Shown here in pieces: positions 37,306-50,652 of a stretch of DNA of 64,000 nt. Below the pieces are notes generated by a model. The model was not told where the DNA came from. It saw nothing but the letters and a program-made list of their open reading frames with translations, and ran no database searches. Location of the stretch: NCBI RefSeq assembly GCF_009834535.1, contig NC_045696.1, positions 48,176,001 through 48,240,000 on the forward strand, in the 5' to 3' direction. Each line of letters opens with the position of its first letter. The first letter of the stretch is position 1. This DNA comes from Camelus ferus (taxonomy: Eukaryota). The position numbers were made by a program, and so were the translations under genes.

Positions 37306-40300
37306 ATTTTTTTTGTTGTTTTTTAATGGAAGTATAGTTGACATATATTAGTTTCAGGTGTACAATATAGTGATCCAACATTTCTGTTTATTATGAATTG
37401 ATCACCACAATAAGTCTAGTAATGATCTGTCACTGTACAGAGTTATTGCAGTGTTATTGACTATATGCCCTGTGTTATATGTTATATCCCTGTATTTTGT
37501 AACGGGTAGCTTGAACCTCTTGATGTCTTCCACCTATTTTACCTAACCCCCAGCCCACCTCCTGTCTGGTGACAAGCAGTTTATTCTCTGTATCTATGAA
37601 TCTGTTTCTGTTCTGTTTTTTTGTTTTTAGATTCCACATAAAAGTGAAATCATATGGTAATTGTGTTTCTTTGACTTATTTCGCTTAGCATAATACCCTC
37701 TAGGTACATCCATGTTGCCACAGATGGCAAGATTTTGTTCTTTTTTATGGCTGATTAATATTCCATTGTGTATCTATATATATGTATGTATATGTATATA
37801 TATGTGTGTATATGTGTGTGTGTGCATATATATGACTCTTTACCCATTCTTCTTGATCAATGGACTACTTAGATTGCTTTCATATCTTGACTATTGTAAA
37901 TAATGCTGCAGTGAATGTATAGATGTATGTATCTTTTCCAATTAGTGGTTATTTTTAGTGTTTTTGTTTTCTTTGGATAAATACCCAGAGTGGAATTGCT
38001 GAATCATATGGCATTCCTATTTTTGATTTTTTGAGGAACTTCCATACTGTTGTCCATAGTGGCTGCACTAATTTGCATTCCCAGCAACAGTAGGGGAGAG
38101 TTCCCTTTTCTCCACACCCTCTTCAGCATTTATTATTTGTAGACATGTTGATTATGGCCATTCTGACTGGGGTGCGATGATACTTCATTGTGGTTTTGAT
38201 TTGCATTTCTCTAATAATTAGCAGTGTTGAGCATCTTTTTATGTCCCTGTTGGCCGTCTTGATGTCTTCTTTGGAGAAATGCCTATTTAGGTCTTCTCCC
38301 CATTTTTTGGTTGGGTCACTTGTGTTTTTGGTATTGAGTCATTATGAGCTGTTTGTGTATTTTGGATGTTAACCTCTTATCGGGTATATCTTTTGCAAGT
38401 ATCTTCTCCCATTCAGTAAAGTGCCTTTTCATTTTGTTAATGGTTTCCTTTGCTGTGCAGAAGCATCTTTAGTTTGAAGTAGTTCCCACTTCTTTATTTT
38501 TGCTTTTGTTGTCCTTGCCTGAGGGGGCCAATCCAAAAAAATATTGCTAAGACCAATGTCAAAGAATGTACTGCCTATGTTTTCTTCTGGGAGTTTCATG
38601 GTTTCAGGTTGTACATCTAAGTCTTCAATCCATTTTGAGTTTATTTTTGTATACGGTGTAAGAAAGTAGTCCAGTTTCATTCATTTGCATGTAGCCATCC
38701 AGTTTTCCAGATGCTATTTATTGAAGAGGCTGTCTTTTCCGCACTGTATGTTTTTGGCTCCATGGTTGTAAATTCATTGACCATATAAGCACGGGTTTAT
38801 TCCTGGGCTCTGTATTCTGTTCCATTGATCTATATGCCTATTTTTGTGCCTTTACACAGTTTCGATTACATGGCTTTCTTGTAGAGGTTGAAATCAGGGA
38901 GAGTGATACCTCCAGCTTTGTTCCTCTTTCTTAAGATTTCTGTGGCTATTCAGGGTCTTTTGTGTTTCCATACAAATTTTAGAATGATTTGTTCTAGTTC
39001 TGTGAAAATGCCAGTGGTATTTTGATAGGGACTGCATTGAATCTGTAGATTGACTTGGGTATTATGGTCATTTTGACAGTATTAATCCTTCCAGTCCAAG
39101 AGCATGGTATAGCTTTTCATTTGTTTATGTTGTCTTCAGTTTCCTGTACCAATGTCTTACAGTTTTCCAAGTGCAAGCTTTTTACCTCCTTGGTTAGATT
39201 TATTTTTAGGTATTTTATTCCTTTTGGTTCAAATGTAAATTGAATTGTTTTCTTAATTTCTCTTTCTGATACTTTTGTTAATGTATACAGATTTCTTCTT
39301 TGTGTTAATTTTGTATCCCACAACTTTACTGAATTCTTTTGTTAGTTCTAATAGTTTTTGGGTGGCATCTTTGTGATTTTTCTATGTACAATATCATGCC
39401 ATTTTACTTGTTACTTTCAAATTTGAATTTCTTTAATTTTTCTCATCTGATTGCTGTGGCTAGGACTTCCAATATTATGTTGAATGAAACTGGTGAGAGT
39501 GGGCATCCTTGTCCTGTTCTTGTTCATAGTGGAAATACTTTCAGCTTTTCACCACTGAGTATGATGTTAGCTATAGGTTTGTCATATATGGCTGGTGTCA
39601 GCCTACTGGTGGGCAGGGCCAGAGTCTCTGGGGTTCCTGGGGCTAGTGCCAGCTCACTGGTGGTTGAGACTGGATTCCTCAGCCACTGGCTGAGGCTCCA
39701 AGGTGTCCCAGAGCAGGTGTTGGCCTGCTGATGGGTTAGCCCTGGGGCCCAGGGTGTCCCAGGGCTGGTGCCAGCCTGTTGTTGTGTTGTCTGCGTCCCA
39801 GTAAGGCAGGCTGCAGGGCTTCAGTTGTCCTGGGGCTGGTGCCTGCCCACTAGTGGTGATGCTGGGTCATGGGACTAGTGCTGGTGCCCTGGCTGGCAGA
39901 GCCAGGTCCTGGGGTCTCTGACTGCAGAGCCCAGGGGTCACAGAACTAGTGTCAGACCACTGGTGGCTGGTGCTGAGGCCCAGGGGTCTCAGGGCTAGTG
40001 CTGGCTCACTGGTGGACAGAGCTGGGGCCTGGGATCTCTGGCAGCAGGGCCCTGGGGGTCCTGGAGCTGATGTTGGCCTGCTGGTGGGTTCCAGGGCCCA
40101 GGAGGTCCTGGGGCTGGGGCCTGCCCACTGGTAGGTGAGGCTGGTTCCAAGTTTAAAGCCCCCTTGCTGGGGCTAGTGCCCGCACATTGGTGTGTGGGGC
40201 CTGGTTTAGGGTCCTCTGGTGGACAGGGCCATGTCCTGGGGTGCCTGTGGGCTCAGGGGACTCAAGGCAGCCTGCTGGTAGGTGGGGCTGTCTTCCTGCC

Positions 40301-43168
40301 CAGCTGGTTGCTTGCCCTGAGGCATCCCAGTCCTGGGACCTACAAACTGGTGGGTGGGGGTGGGTGTGCATCCTGAGACTGTTAGGCTAGAAGGAAGATT
40401 CCACAGTGGCGTTTGCCAGCACCAGTGTCCATGTGGTTAAACAAGCTCCCCAAAATAGCTACTGCCAGGGTGAGCTCCAGTGGCCTCCTGCCTCTCCAGG
40501 AGACTTTAAGATCAGCAGGTGGGTGTGACCCAGGCTCTTTTCAAATGACTGCTTCTGCCCTGGGTCCTGGAGTGTGTGAGATTTCGTGTGCGCCCTGGAA
40601 GAGTGAAGTCTTTGTTTCCCACAGCCCTCTGGGTCATCTAAAAGGAAGATCCCCCTGGTCTTCAAAGCCAAATAAATGTTCTAGGGGCTCATTTTCCCGG
40701 TGCAGGATCCTTGGCTGGGGAGCCTGATGTGGGTCTCAGACCCACTGATCCTTAGTAGTTATTGTCCTTCCATGTGTGCCGCTGTCCCTGGGGTGTGGCT
40801 CTTCACTGTGCCTCGCCTCCACGCCTCCTACCTGTCTTGTTGCAGTTCCTTCTTTATAATTTAGTTGTAGAAGATCTTTTATGGTAGGTTTCAGTTTTTC
40901 TCATCAGTAGTTGCTCAGTAAATAGTTATAATTTTGGTGTGCCCATGGGAGGAGGTGAGCTCAGGGTCTTCCTACTGTACCATCTTGATAAAGCCTCTAT
41001 TTTTTGTGTATCTGTTATATAAGATTTTGGTTTATGATTATCACAGTGTTCATATGTAAGACCTATGTGAATAGCAGTCTGTGTTAAATTGATGGTCGCT
41101 TAAGTTTGAGTGCATTCCAAAAGCACTGCATTTTCACTCTCTGCCACCCCCCATTTTATATTTTTGATGTCATACTTTGCACCTTTTTGTTTTGTGTATC
41201 ATTTTACTATTTATTTTGGATGTAGATGGTTTGACTACTTTTGTCCTTTAACCTTCCTTATAGGTGGTTAATTCACTACAATTAGTATAAATTTGTATTT
41301 ACAACTGAGATTTTTTTTCTTTCATATTTTCTTGTTTCTAGTTATGACCTTTCCTTTTCACTTAAGGAAGTACCTCTAACATTTCTTGTAAGTCTAGTTC
41401 AGTGGTGATGAATTCCTTTAGCCTTTGTCTGGGAAACTCTTTATCTCTCTTTCAATTCTGAATGATAACCTTGCTGGGTAGAGTATTTTTGGTTGTAAGT
41501 TGTTTCCCTTTCTTTAACTTTCGGAATTTAAATTATAATGTGTCTTGATGTGGGTCTCCTTGGGTTCATCTTGTTTGGGACTCATTGCTTCCTGAATTTG
41601 TGCGTCTGTTTTCTTACCCAGGTTAGGGAAGTTTTCAGCCATTATTTCTTCAAATAGTTTTTATGTCTTTCTCTCTCTCTCTTCTCCTTCTGGGACCCCC
41701 ATAATGTGAATGCTAATACATTTGATATTGTCCTAGATGTCTCTCAAACTCTCCTCATTTAGTTTTTTTTCTTTAGCTATTTCAATTGGGTGATTTCTAG
41801 TATCATGTCTTCCAGATTGCTGGTCTATTCTTCTGTTTTCTGTGTTCTCCTGCTGTTGATTCCCTCTAGTGTATTTTTTTACTACAGTTATTGTATTCTT
41901 TAGTTCTGATTTAAAAAAAATTTTTTTTCTATCTTTCTGTTGAAATTCTCATTGACTTTACCCATTCTTCTCCCGAGTTCAGTGAATATCTTTGTGACTA
42001 TTATTTTGAACAGTCTATCTGGTAAATTGTATATCTCTGTTTTGTTTACTTCTTTTTCTGAGGTTTTTGTCTTGTTCTTTCATTTGGAACATATTCCTTG
42101 TCTCCTCATTTTGTCTAACTCTGTATTTTTTTTTCTACATTTTAGATAGAACAGTTCCATCTCCCAGTCTTGAAAGAGTGGTTTTACGTAGAAGGTGTCC
42201 TGTGGGCCCAGTGGCTTCATGGTCACCAGAGCCAGATGCACCAGGGGTTTCCCCTGTGTGGGCTGTGTGTACCCTCCTGTTGTGGTTGGGTTGTGATTTC
42301 TCTGTGCTGGTGGGCAGCTGCGAGGCCTAGCTGCAACTATTTCAGGTGCTTTGGTGTGTTGGGCTGACCCCCTGGAGCAGGAGCTGCTTTGAAGGGGCAC
42401 CAGTGCCGGCCAGGGCTGCCTTCCTGGTGGGGTGGGCTGGGAGCCACTTTGAAGAACGCCAGTGTAAGCAGATTGGGTGTGGCTGGTACTCGGGGGGGAC
42501 ACAGGGGCTTGGTGCACCACGGTGTTAGCTGGGTTGATGGAGAGTGACAGAAATAGTGCCCACTCTTGCCAGGCCACCTAAGTAGAAGGAGAGTGAAAAA
42601 AAGGGCATCTACTAGTGCTTTTGTCTCCAGATAAAGTTCCCCTAGATCTCTGCCCCCCCAGCACATGCCTTGAAATTAGTCAGTGAATCTTCTCATATGA
42701 CTCGGGTGCCTTTCAAGCTGCTGCCTCTGTGCTGGAACCCAGAGCAAGTGCGTTTGTATGTGACCCTTCAAGGGCAGGATCTTGTTTCCCTATCGCCCTC
42801 TGTTTCTCCTGGACAGAAGTCCCACTGGTTTTCAAAGCCAGATGTTATGGGGGCTCATCTTCCCAGTGAAGGTCTCCTGGGCTGGGAGCTCATCATGGGG
42901 CCGGGGCCCCTTGCTCTTCAGCGAGGTCTTCATGGTTGTGGTATTTGCTGCACCAGGGGTGGAGTTCTGACTAGGTTGTGTCTCTGCCCTTCCTACCCAT
43001 CTTGATACAGCCTTTTCTTTATAGCCTTTATAGTTGTAGAAAATGTGTTCTTCTAGTCTTCAGATCATCCTCGGGGAGGGTTGTTCTATATGTTGTTGTA
43101 GTTTGGTGTGTCTGTAGGAGGAGGTGAGCTCAGGATCTTCCCACTCTGCTGTCTTGATTTGCACCTCC
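37306..43168 (-). mobile_element. Composite LINE-1: 5'UTR, ORF1, second 5'UTR, ORF2 3' half, 3'UTR
   Basis: TSD aaaaatgtga(g/c)tattta at 37289-37305 and 43169-43185; ORF2p fragments 38429-38680 (KLDYFLTPYTKINSKWI) and 39117-39323; two ggaggtgagctcagg.tcttcc 5' termini (~40950 and ~43120). Confidence 0.9.
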
Positions 43169-43548
43169 AAAAATGTGACTATTTATGTTGCTTTTTTGTT
43201 CTCTAATAAGTCAGTAAATTTCAGGGCTCAGCATTCCTAGGCAGCCCTCATCTGCCAGGGTCTAATTCCATCACAGCATTTCTGAGGAAAAAGTTTATTA
43301 AGAGAAAACTATACCAGTTTACATCGTGGAATAGCCTAATGGTTGATGGACAACACTCTCTCCATGTTGTCAACAATCATGTGTTTTAGAACTTTTTGTT
43401 TTAGAACAGTTTTTGAGAGTGCAATTCCCTAATACAAGAGGTTTTTGATTTATGGGTAATTTTGAAACAAACTCTATTTATTTTGCAAGACAGTCAGTAA
43501 AGGATGTTGCAAGTATCATAATAAGTTACATTCTATTTCCTCAGTTTA

Positions 43549-43966
43549 TGTAAGGGTTAATTTTATGTGTCAGCCTGGCTGGCTAAGGGATGCTCAGATC
43601 ACTGGTACACCAGTATTTCTGGGTGTGTCTGTGAGGGTGTTTCTGGGAGAAGTTATTAATCTGTAGACTGAATAAAGATAGCCCCTTAGTGCAGGTGCCA
43701 TCATCTAACTCACTGCGGTCCTGAGTAGAAGAAAAGGATGGATGGAGAAAGGATGAATTTACTCACTTTGCTTGATCTCGGACATCCATCTTACCCTGCC
43801 CATGGACATCAGTGCCCCTGGCTCTGAGACCTTTGGACTAGGACTGGGAATTCTACCATTGGCTTGCCTGGTTTCATAGGTCTTCAGACTTGCTTAATGA
43901 ATTACACCCTGGTGGCAGATTTTTGGACTTCTCAGTCTCCATAATCCATTTCCTATAATAAATTTC

Positions 43967-44022
<56 letters not shown>

Positions 44023-44059
44023 ATTGGTTCTGTTTCTCTGGAGAACCCTAACTAATACA
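43549..44059 (+). mobile_element. ERVL solo LTR (MLT2-type)
   Basis: tgtaagggttaattttatgtgtca...cctattggttctgtttctctggagaaccctaactaataca. Confidence 0.92.
43971..44018. repeat. (CA)24 microsatellite
   Basis: Perfect run at the usual variable position inside MLT2. Confidence 0.97.
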
Positions 44060-44489
44060 ACTTACACATCATAAAGAAATCAGGAACTTTGAACATCAAT
44101 CTGAATTTTCTCTTGGTTCTAGACTGACAGCCTCTAAACCTTGAACATTGTAGGTGCTCAACAGAGATCTCTGATAAAAAGAAGGAGGAGTAAGCCATGA
44201 TTTTCAGAAATAAAGAGGGAAACGTTGTGATTATCAACAAGGGACTTTCACCAGCCTATTACCATTTCTTTTCCTTCTTTTACTGAGATCCAATCTTCAC
44301 TCTTCTTAATTGGACCATCCCTGAGACATAAAAAGTGCTACTTCTCTGTTGCCTTGTACTTCTAAACACTACTTAACACTAATTAATTTTTTTCTTTCCT
44401 GTTGTCTCATGAGGATTTGCACTGTCTTTCCTCCTTAGTATCATAAAATGTTAAAAGTTGGATTTAGGAGGAAATCATGAGAGAAGGAT

Positions 44490-44720
44490 TTAAAGAATGT
44501 AGCACAACATATGGCAGGAGGCAAATACTCAGTAAACAGCTCTTCTTCTTCTTATTAACACCATATCTAATATCACCATAATTTCATCCATCTCTTATTT
44601 TACAGCTGAGCAAACTGAAGTCCTGTGAGTTGAGATTTGCCCAAAGTACAATTAAGAGCTGTCTTCAGAAGTAGGATCAGATACAGGTTCTTATGGATCA
44701 AGTGTAGAAACTTCATGCTT
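44490..44720. mobile_element. MIR fragments
   Basis: cttattttacagctgagcaaactgaag...ttgcccaaagtaca. Confidence 0.6.
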
Positions 44721-44764
44721 TTTAAAGCACACTCCCTCAGTGTCTTGCTTAATCACATGCTAGG

Positions 44765-45170
44765 TTGTGACAGAGACAGTGTTATGATTCTTGTAAGATT
44801 CTGTTTAATTTCCCTCTTTCTGGGTACACAAGACTATATTTTTCTGCATTCTTATATATTGGGAGCACGGATTCACTCTGGACAGTGGGGTATGGTCAGA
44901 ATTGATTTAAGCTGGTTTCAGGAACTATACTTATGGTACCCCATGTGATCTTATCCCCGAGCTTCCTTTTTCCTTCTGCAGTGACCTTAGACACCACGGG
45001 TTCCAGTTCTAGATGGTTTAGCAACATAATGACGGGAGCCCAGATCCCTGAGTTGTAACTTGAAGGAGAACCTTGAGGAGAACCACCCAGCTTTCACTGG
45101 TAGTAAGAGAAAAATAAAGTTTGTCGTGTTGAGCAGCTAAAATTTCAGCATTTCTTTGTTCTTGTGGCAT
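44765..45170 (+). mobile_element. Old MLT1 (H/I/J-like) LTR
   Basis: gggagcccagatccctgagt...gagaaaaataaagtttgtcgtgttgagc. Confidence 0.6.
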
Positions 45171-45354
45171 GCCTTTTCTGTCTGCATAGCCTGTGAGAAG
45201 ATGTGGGCTTCAGTCCTAATGTATTTTCATCCACTACACAAACCTCATTTGTTCCTTCTGTTTTCAATGGTGAAACAACCCGTGAATACTTTTAATTATA
45301 AAGAACACTTGATTAATTTGTCCCCAGTTTATTTCTCTGTCTTTTCTTCATTTC

Positions 45355-45550
45355 ACTTAGCTGTAGATACACTCTGGTCTTGGGCAAATTTCTCATAGGC
45401 TCTTTGCCTCAGTTTCCTCACTATGAAATAGAAATAATGTTTCCCTCTTTATTACTCAGGGCTGTCAAAAAGATGAATGAGTTGATAATTATTAGAAAAA
45501 GAGTCTATAAGCATAGAGGATTATGTTATTATTATGTTATTCTCATAAGA
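45355..45550 (+). mobile_element. MIR
   Basis: cttgggcaaatt...ctctttgcctcagtttcctcactatgaaat. Confidence 0.7.
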
Positions 45551-47539
45551 ATAGTAAAAAGGGTTCCTGTGCTGTAGATCTGGAAAATGTTATGAAGGAA
45601 AGATTTATTATTTGTTCAGTGATTTGTTTTTCTTTGTGGAATTGGGATAATTCCTTTAGGTTACATAAATAATCTACTTATCTTAAAACTTGAAGGCATC
45701 GTAACGTGTCCACATGAATATTTAAAATGCTTCAGGGCACTGATATTAAAAATGTTATATGAGATAAAGTGATTGATACAAAGCATGGGTTGCTTTTCAT
45801 ATAGTTTCATACTGCAGTACAAATATGCAGTTGTTTCTAGCCTAGACGTAAATGAAAAATAGTTACAATACCTAAGGGCTTAGTGAACCTTGTTAAAAAG
45901 TAATGTGAATAATGGTTGATCTTACACGGAGACCAGACTTTAAAAAATTTAATTCTTAATAAGGCATATGTTACATTTTAAAGCAGTGTTAATATTTAAC
46001 CATAATTTGTCTTTAAACTTAGGTGATTATTGTAAAGCATTCTTTATGATCTTCTTGAACCATTACTTAAATACATAAGCTATAATTATTTTTAACTTTG
46101 AGGCACTCTTAAAGTGTCCTCAAATATATTTAATCTATAATATATTTGACCACATTAGTCAGGGGTTAAAAATAGAGTAATAGGATTAACCACAAAATAA
46201 TAGTTCCCTTGCTTCATACATTCACCTGATTTGTAGAAGAACTAACTTTTCTAAACTTCCACTCAGATGTTTCTGATAATCCTTTAAGAGAGTGGCCAGT
46301 ATATGGTCCACTGACCCCTGTGCTTGGCAACCCCGTGGCATTGGCCTTTCCTTCTCTCCATCATCAGCTCACTGGGGATATGTCCTGTCTTGGTGGTATC
46401 CAGAGCAGGATCCAGCCTACTGATAGCCTCAGGGTGCCACCTGTTATGGTGCTGATGCCTGTCAACATGCTCTGAGATTACTCATGTGTGATGCTTGGGC
46501 CACTGATGTTTGCACCAGTGATCTCTGTGTCCAGTGAACCTTGGCATGAAGAGACTTCTGCAGCCAGTGCTCCTCAAATGTCTCATGATGGCAAGGGTTA
46601 CATTTACTGTTGGTGACAGCCAGGATCTCCATTTAGGCTCATAATGGCTAATATTGAGAGCATCACCTTTACTACAGAGATTATGGTAAAACAGCTCATT
46701 CAGGTCCTTCCACCACTCACACCTTTTGCTGTTGTTCCCATTACTGACATTCGAGAATGAGTCCTTGGGACAGGGCTTGGGCAGAGAACAATCTTAATTG
46801 GTAATAACCACGCTCTCTTCAGAATCCCTCCTTCAGTCTGACTCTCACTCTTTATACATGTGATAGACCTCAATTCTGTCTTCCTTTTGAGAATTCATAG
46901 TTTACTATTCAACCTTCTTTGTTTTTGGAGACCTAAAAATGATGTGGGTATGTCATGATGGCTAGACAAATGGGAAACCAGATGTATTAATCTTAATAAG
47001 CACCTAAATCTGCTCCCAAACTTCTGGAAAACTATATTGAAGAATAGTTAGTTAGTTAGGATTTCCAGTGAGGGCTCCCACCTTCGCCCTGTACATATCT
47101 CCTGGGGTGTACACTTTCTTGTAGAACTAGTTGGGGGGCCCCTAGAGGAGTGTAGAGTCAAAGAACATTTGTTTGGCTATTTGAGAATACATTTTAACGT
47201 TAATGGGAATGAATCGGAATTAGGCAATTCTGAAGGTGAGGGGGGACTGAGAGCCATTGGAGTAAATTCCCGGAGACTTGGGGAGGCCCCCAGAGGAGCC
47301 CTGGACATAACTAGCCTTTGACAGCAGGGTGGACTCTGGTGCCCGCTTCCTTATGTTAGGGCGTTGCACAGCTAGAGCTCTGCCTGTAGTTTTTCGGCTT
47401 CATATTTGCCAAGTTCATTTCTACTCCTTCATCCACAAATGAGGCAGTAGCACCCTTCCTCACACCTCCCCTCCCCCTTTTGGTCCAGATTCCCCTCATT
47501 TGTGTTCACCCAGCAGTCAAAGGATGCTGTTGTCACAGA

Positions 47540-47940
47540 GCTTTTCATACTCTTGTTACAAGCGGTGATAAGCTGTTTGCTTCTAAGTTGCTCCTGCTAG
47601 TTTGTAAACTCCTTGAGGACCTTCTCTAAATCGTTTTACTTATTTTTATCATGTTGAAATGCACATAATATAAAACTTAGCACTTTAACCATTTTAAGTG
47701 TTTAGTTATGTGGCATTTAGTACGTTCACACTGTAGTGCAACTGTCACCACCATCCATCTTCAAAACTTGATCTTCTCCAGCTGAAACTTGCACCCATTA
47801 AACACTGACCCCCAATTCTTCCCTCCTTCAGGCTCCAGCAACCACCATCTAACTTGTTTTTACAGTGTCAAGGGCATACACAGTGTCTGTCATATAATAG
47901 GTGGGTAATAAATGTTTATTCAATAAATGAATAAAGGTAC
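47540..47940 (+). mobile_element. L2 3' end containing an antisense L1MB-type 3' fragment (~47640-47860)
   Basis: aataaatgtttattcaataaatgaataaa; ttaaccattttaagtg...gtggcatttagtacgttcacactg. Confidence 0.75.
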
Positions 47941-49119
47941 TCATTAATTTTGGTTAGTCTTCCAGTGGAAATATGGGCCAATGCTTTTAAATTTGGAGTG
48001 ATTATCTCCTCTCTGCATTAGTCAAGTGAAGTTTAATATATCAAAATTTATTCTAATCACATTGTGCCCTTATTTGATGAAAGAACATCATAATTAAAAA
48101 AGGACTGGATAAAAGTGAATGACAGTCACACTCAAAAGATGGATACATGCATAACAGAGCATCCAGATCATTAAAAAAACATAAACACAAAGGAGTTCAA
48201 TTATTGGTAACCTTTACACGTAAGTATAAGAACAAAAATAATCACTAGTTTTAGAAAAATGCCAAATAAATGACAATGTCAGCTATCATAATTATGGAAT
48301 TAGGGCAAAAGAAAAGATTACACAAGTGAGCTTTTTTGTTGTTGCAGTGACATTGTTATTCAATGATTGGGTTGCAGAAGTTGCTCAGAGGTGGCAGTAA
48401 AAACTAAGGAGGTCGAACCGAATCAAATTATTTGGTTTTAATGAATAATTAGACTATTTCTTGGAAAAATCAGCACTATTATTTCAAAACTTTAGGATAC
48501 TTTCTTCAGTTCTTAGTTTGACAAACATATGAAGCTTGAAAGTTAGCTGTCATATTTTGGAACTTAGTGCTGTGTTTGATGGCATCATATTTACTGCAGT
48601 TTTCTGAGTATCATAGGTGTATTTGCAATAAAAAATGAATGACAGTAGGAAAATCCTTACAGAACAACAAACTCCTGTTAGCATTGGTAGAAGCTAGCTT
48701 CCTCTGTTCTACGCCTGAGGTTAAGAGGTGCATGTTGGCATTAAGGCAACAGTGTCCACTCAGCTTTTCTAGAATATAGGTTAATCTCTTGAGTCACATA
48801 GAAAAAATATAACCCAAAGCAAAGTGTCAGTTTTCAGTGATAAAAGTCAGTCATGTGAAATTGACATATGTTCCCAATGATGAGACAAGAAAATCTGGCC
48901 AAAGAAAGTCAGAGTACTAGTGGGGAAAGAGAGCATTCTCAGCAAAGTGACACACACGCAGGTTTCAGCCTGATTCCCTCCAATTGCACGGAACTGTTTC
49001 TATAATGCAAAATGAGGCTTTAAAATTTAGAAAGTCATGTAACTCTATAATATGAGAAATTCTTTAGACCATTTAATACTATTAAATAATAACCTAGATT
49101 TAGCAGTAATGCTGAGATG

Positions 49120-49270
49120 CTGGCTTTTGAATGACAGAGTGGATTTTGGTTCTGTTGCTTACCAGCTGTGAGACTTGGGCTAAGATCTTTAACCTTTCCA
49201 GGTTTTAGTGTTCTCTTCTGTAAAATGAAGAGACTGAGCTAGATGACTGAAGAAACCCCAGAGTTCTATA
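49120..49270 (+). mobile_element. MIR
   Basis: cttaccagctgtgagacttgggc...ttctgtaaaatgaag. Confidence 0.7.
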
Positions 49271-50262
49271 AAACTAGGACATTTATAAACAGAGCAGACA
49301 CTAAACGGGTATTCTTCCTTGTGTCAGCTTTCTCAGGGTTTGGCAGTGCCATCAGATGTACTGTATTGCACCCTGCTGAGTTGTCTTGAAGTCACACATT
49401 GTATATATTCCAAATAAGTTCTGCTGTGTACATCTGGCCCATAAAGGATTGAGTTATCAACTTTGATCAACACGCTTAGGTTCATTAGATAAGCTCACAT
49501 ACTATGACACATGATAGAATTGGGTTCTGTTTTTCTCAGTTCTGAAGGACAATTTATAGTGCAAAGATTAAACACTTTTCTTCCTGAAGATAATGAGAAT
49601 TGATTTCTTTACCTCCAATCAAAGTTTCAAGTTCCAGGAGAGAAGCTTCGAAAAAAATTCATTTTTAAATCTTGTAGTCTTTCTGAGCCCCCAAGGGTAA
49701 AAAGACATAATGTCATTTAAGTGATGGAAAACCATGTACACCTCATTTAACTCTTTTGTGCAAGTAAATACTACTTCAGAGACCTTAAACTCTAAAGCAA
49801 AAGATTTATCTCAATCTTTACCCTAGTAACATTTATAAAGATTGAACATAGGGCAGACTTTGCATCTGAGAAACCTTGAACAGTTTATACACAGGAGACC
49901 AAAGTTTTTTTTAATTAAAATCCACATTCTCTTTTTTCATATTGCAGTTTTAAATTGTCTTCATTATGCCACTCACAGTTCCTTATTTTGTAGATCTCAG
50001 TGTGAGTTAAATGATAAAAAGTCTGGAGATGAATATGTATGCATTTTGTTTTTAGAAAGCCCTAGCAGACATCTCTTTTGCCATTGCTATTGGAACATGT
50101 GAAACCAAATTTAGTGTCCGCTTGAATTGCATCTGTTGTCCTTTCTTTCTAATGACTTAGCTTTCCTAACCATGTATGTAGTTTTTGTTCTGTAAAAATG
50201 GGATTTTCTTTTATTTGTTTCAAAAACTTAAACTAGTCCCTGCTACTTGTGACTTACCAACT

Positions 50263-50652
50263 TGTCATGTACTGAATGTTTGTGTCTTCCCAATATCAAT
50301 AAATTGAAAACCCTTACCACCCCCCACTCTCCACCCCCACCCCCGCCAAAGCGATGGTATTAGGAGGTAGGATCTTTGGGAAGTAATTAGGATTAGATGA
50401 GCTCGTGAGGGTGGAGCCCTCATGAATGGGGCTAATATCCTTATAAGAGTCACAAGAGAGCTTGCTTTCTCTGCTCTCTGCTATGTGAGTTGGCAGCCTG
50501 CAAATTGGAAGCAGGTTCATACCAGAACGCAACCATGCTGACACCCTGATCTCAGCCTTTCAGCCTCCCGAACAGTATGAAATGAATTTCTGTTGTCTGT
50601 AAGCCACCCAGTCTATAGTATTGTGTTATAGAAGCCCAAACAGACTGAGCCA
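50263..50652 (+). mobile_element. MaLR solo LTR (MLT1A-like)
   Basis: gagggtggagccctcatgaatgg...taagccacccagtctatagtatt. Confidence 0.88.

Noticed and set aside
39949..43005. Cluster of 60-165 aa ORFs
   Set aside because: Same artefact in the two L1 5'UTRs of the composite element
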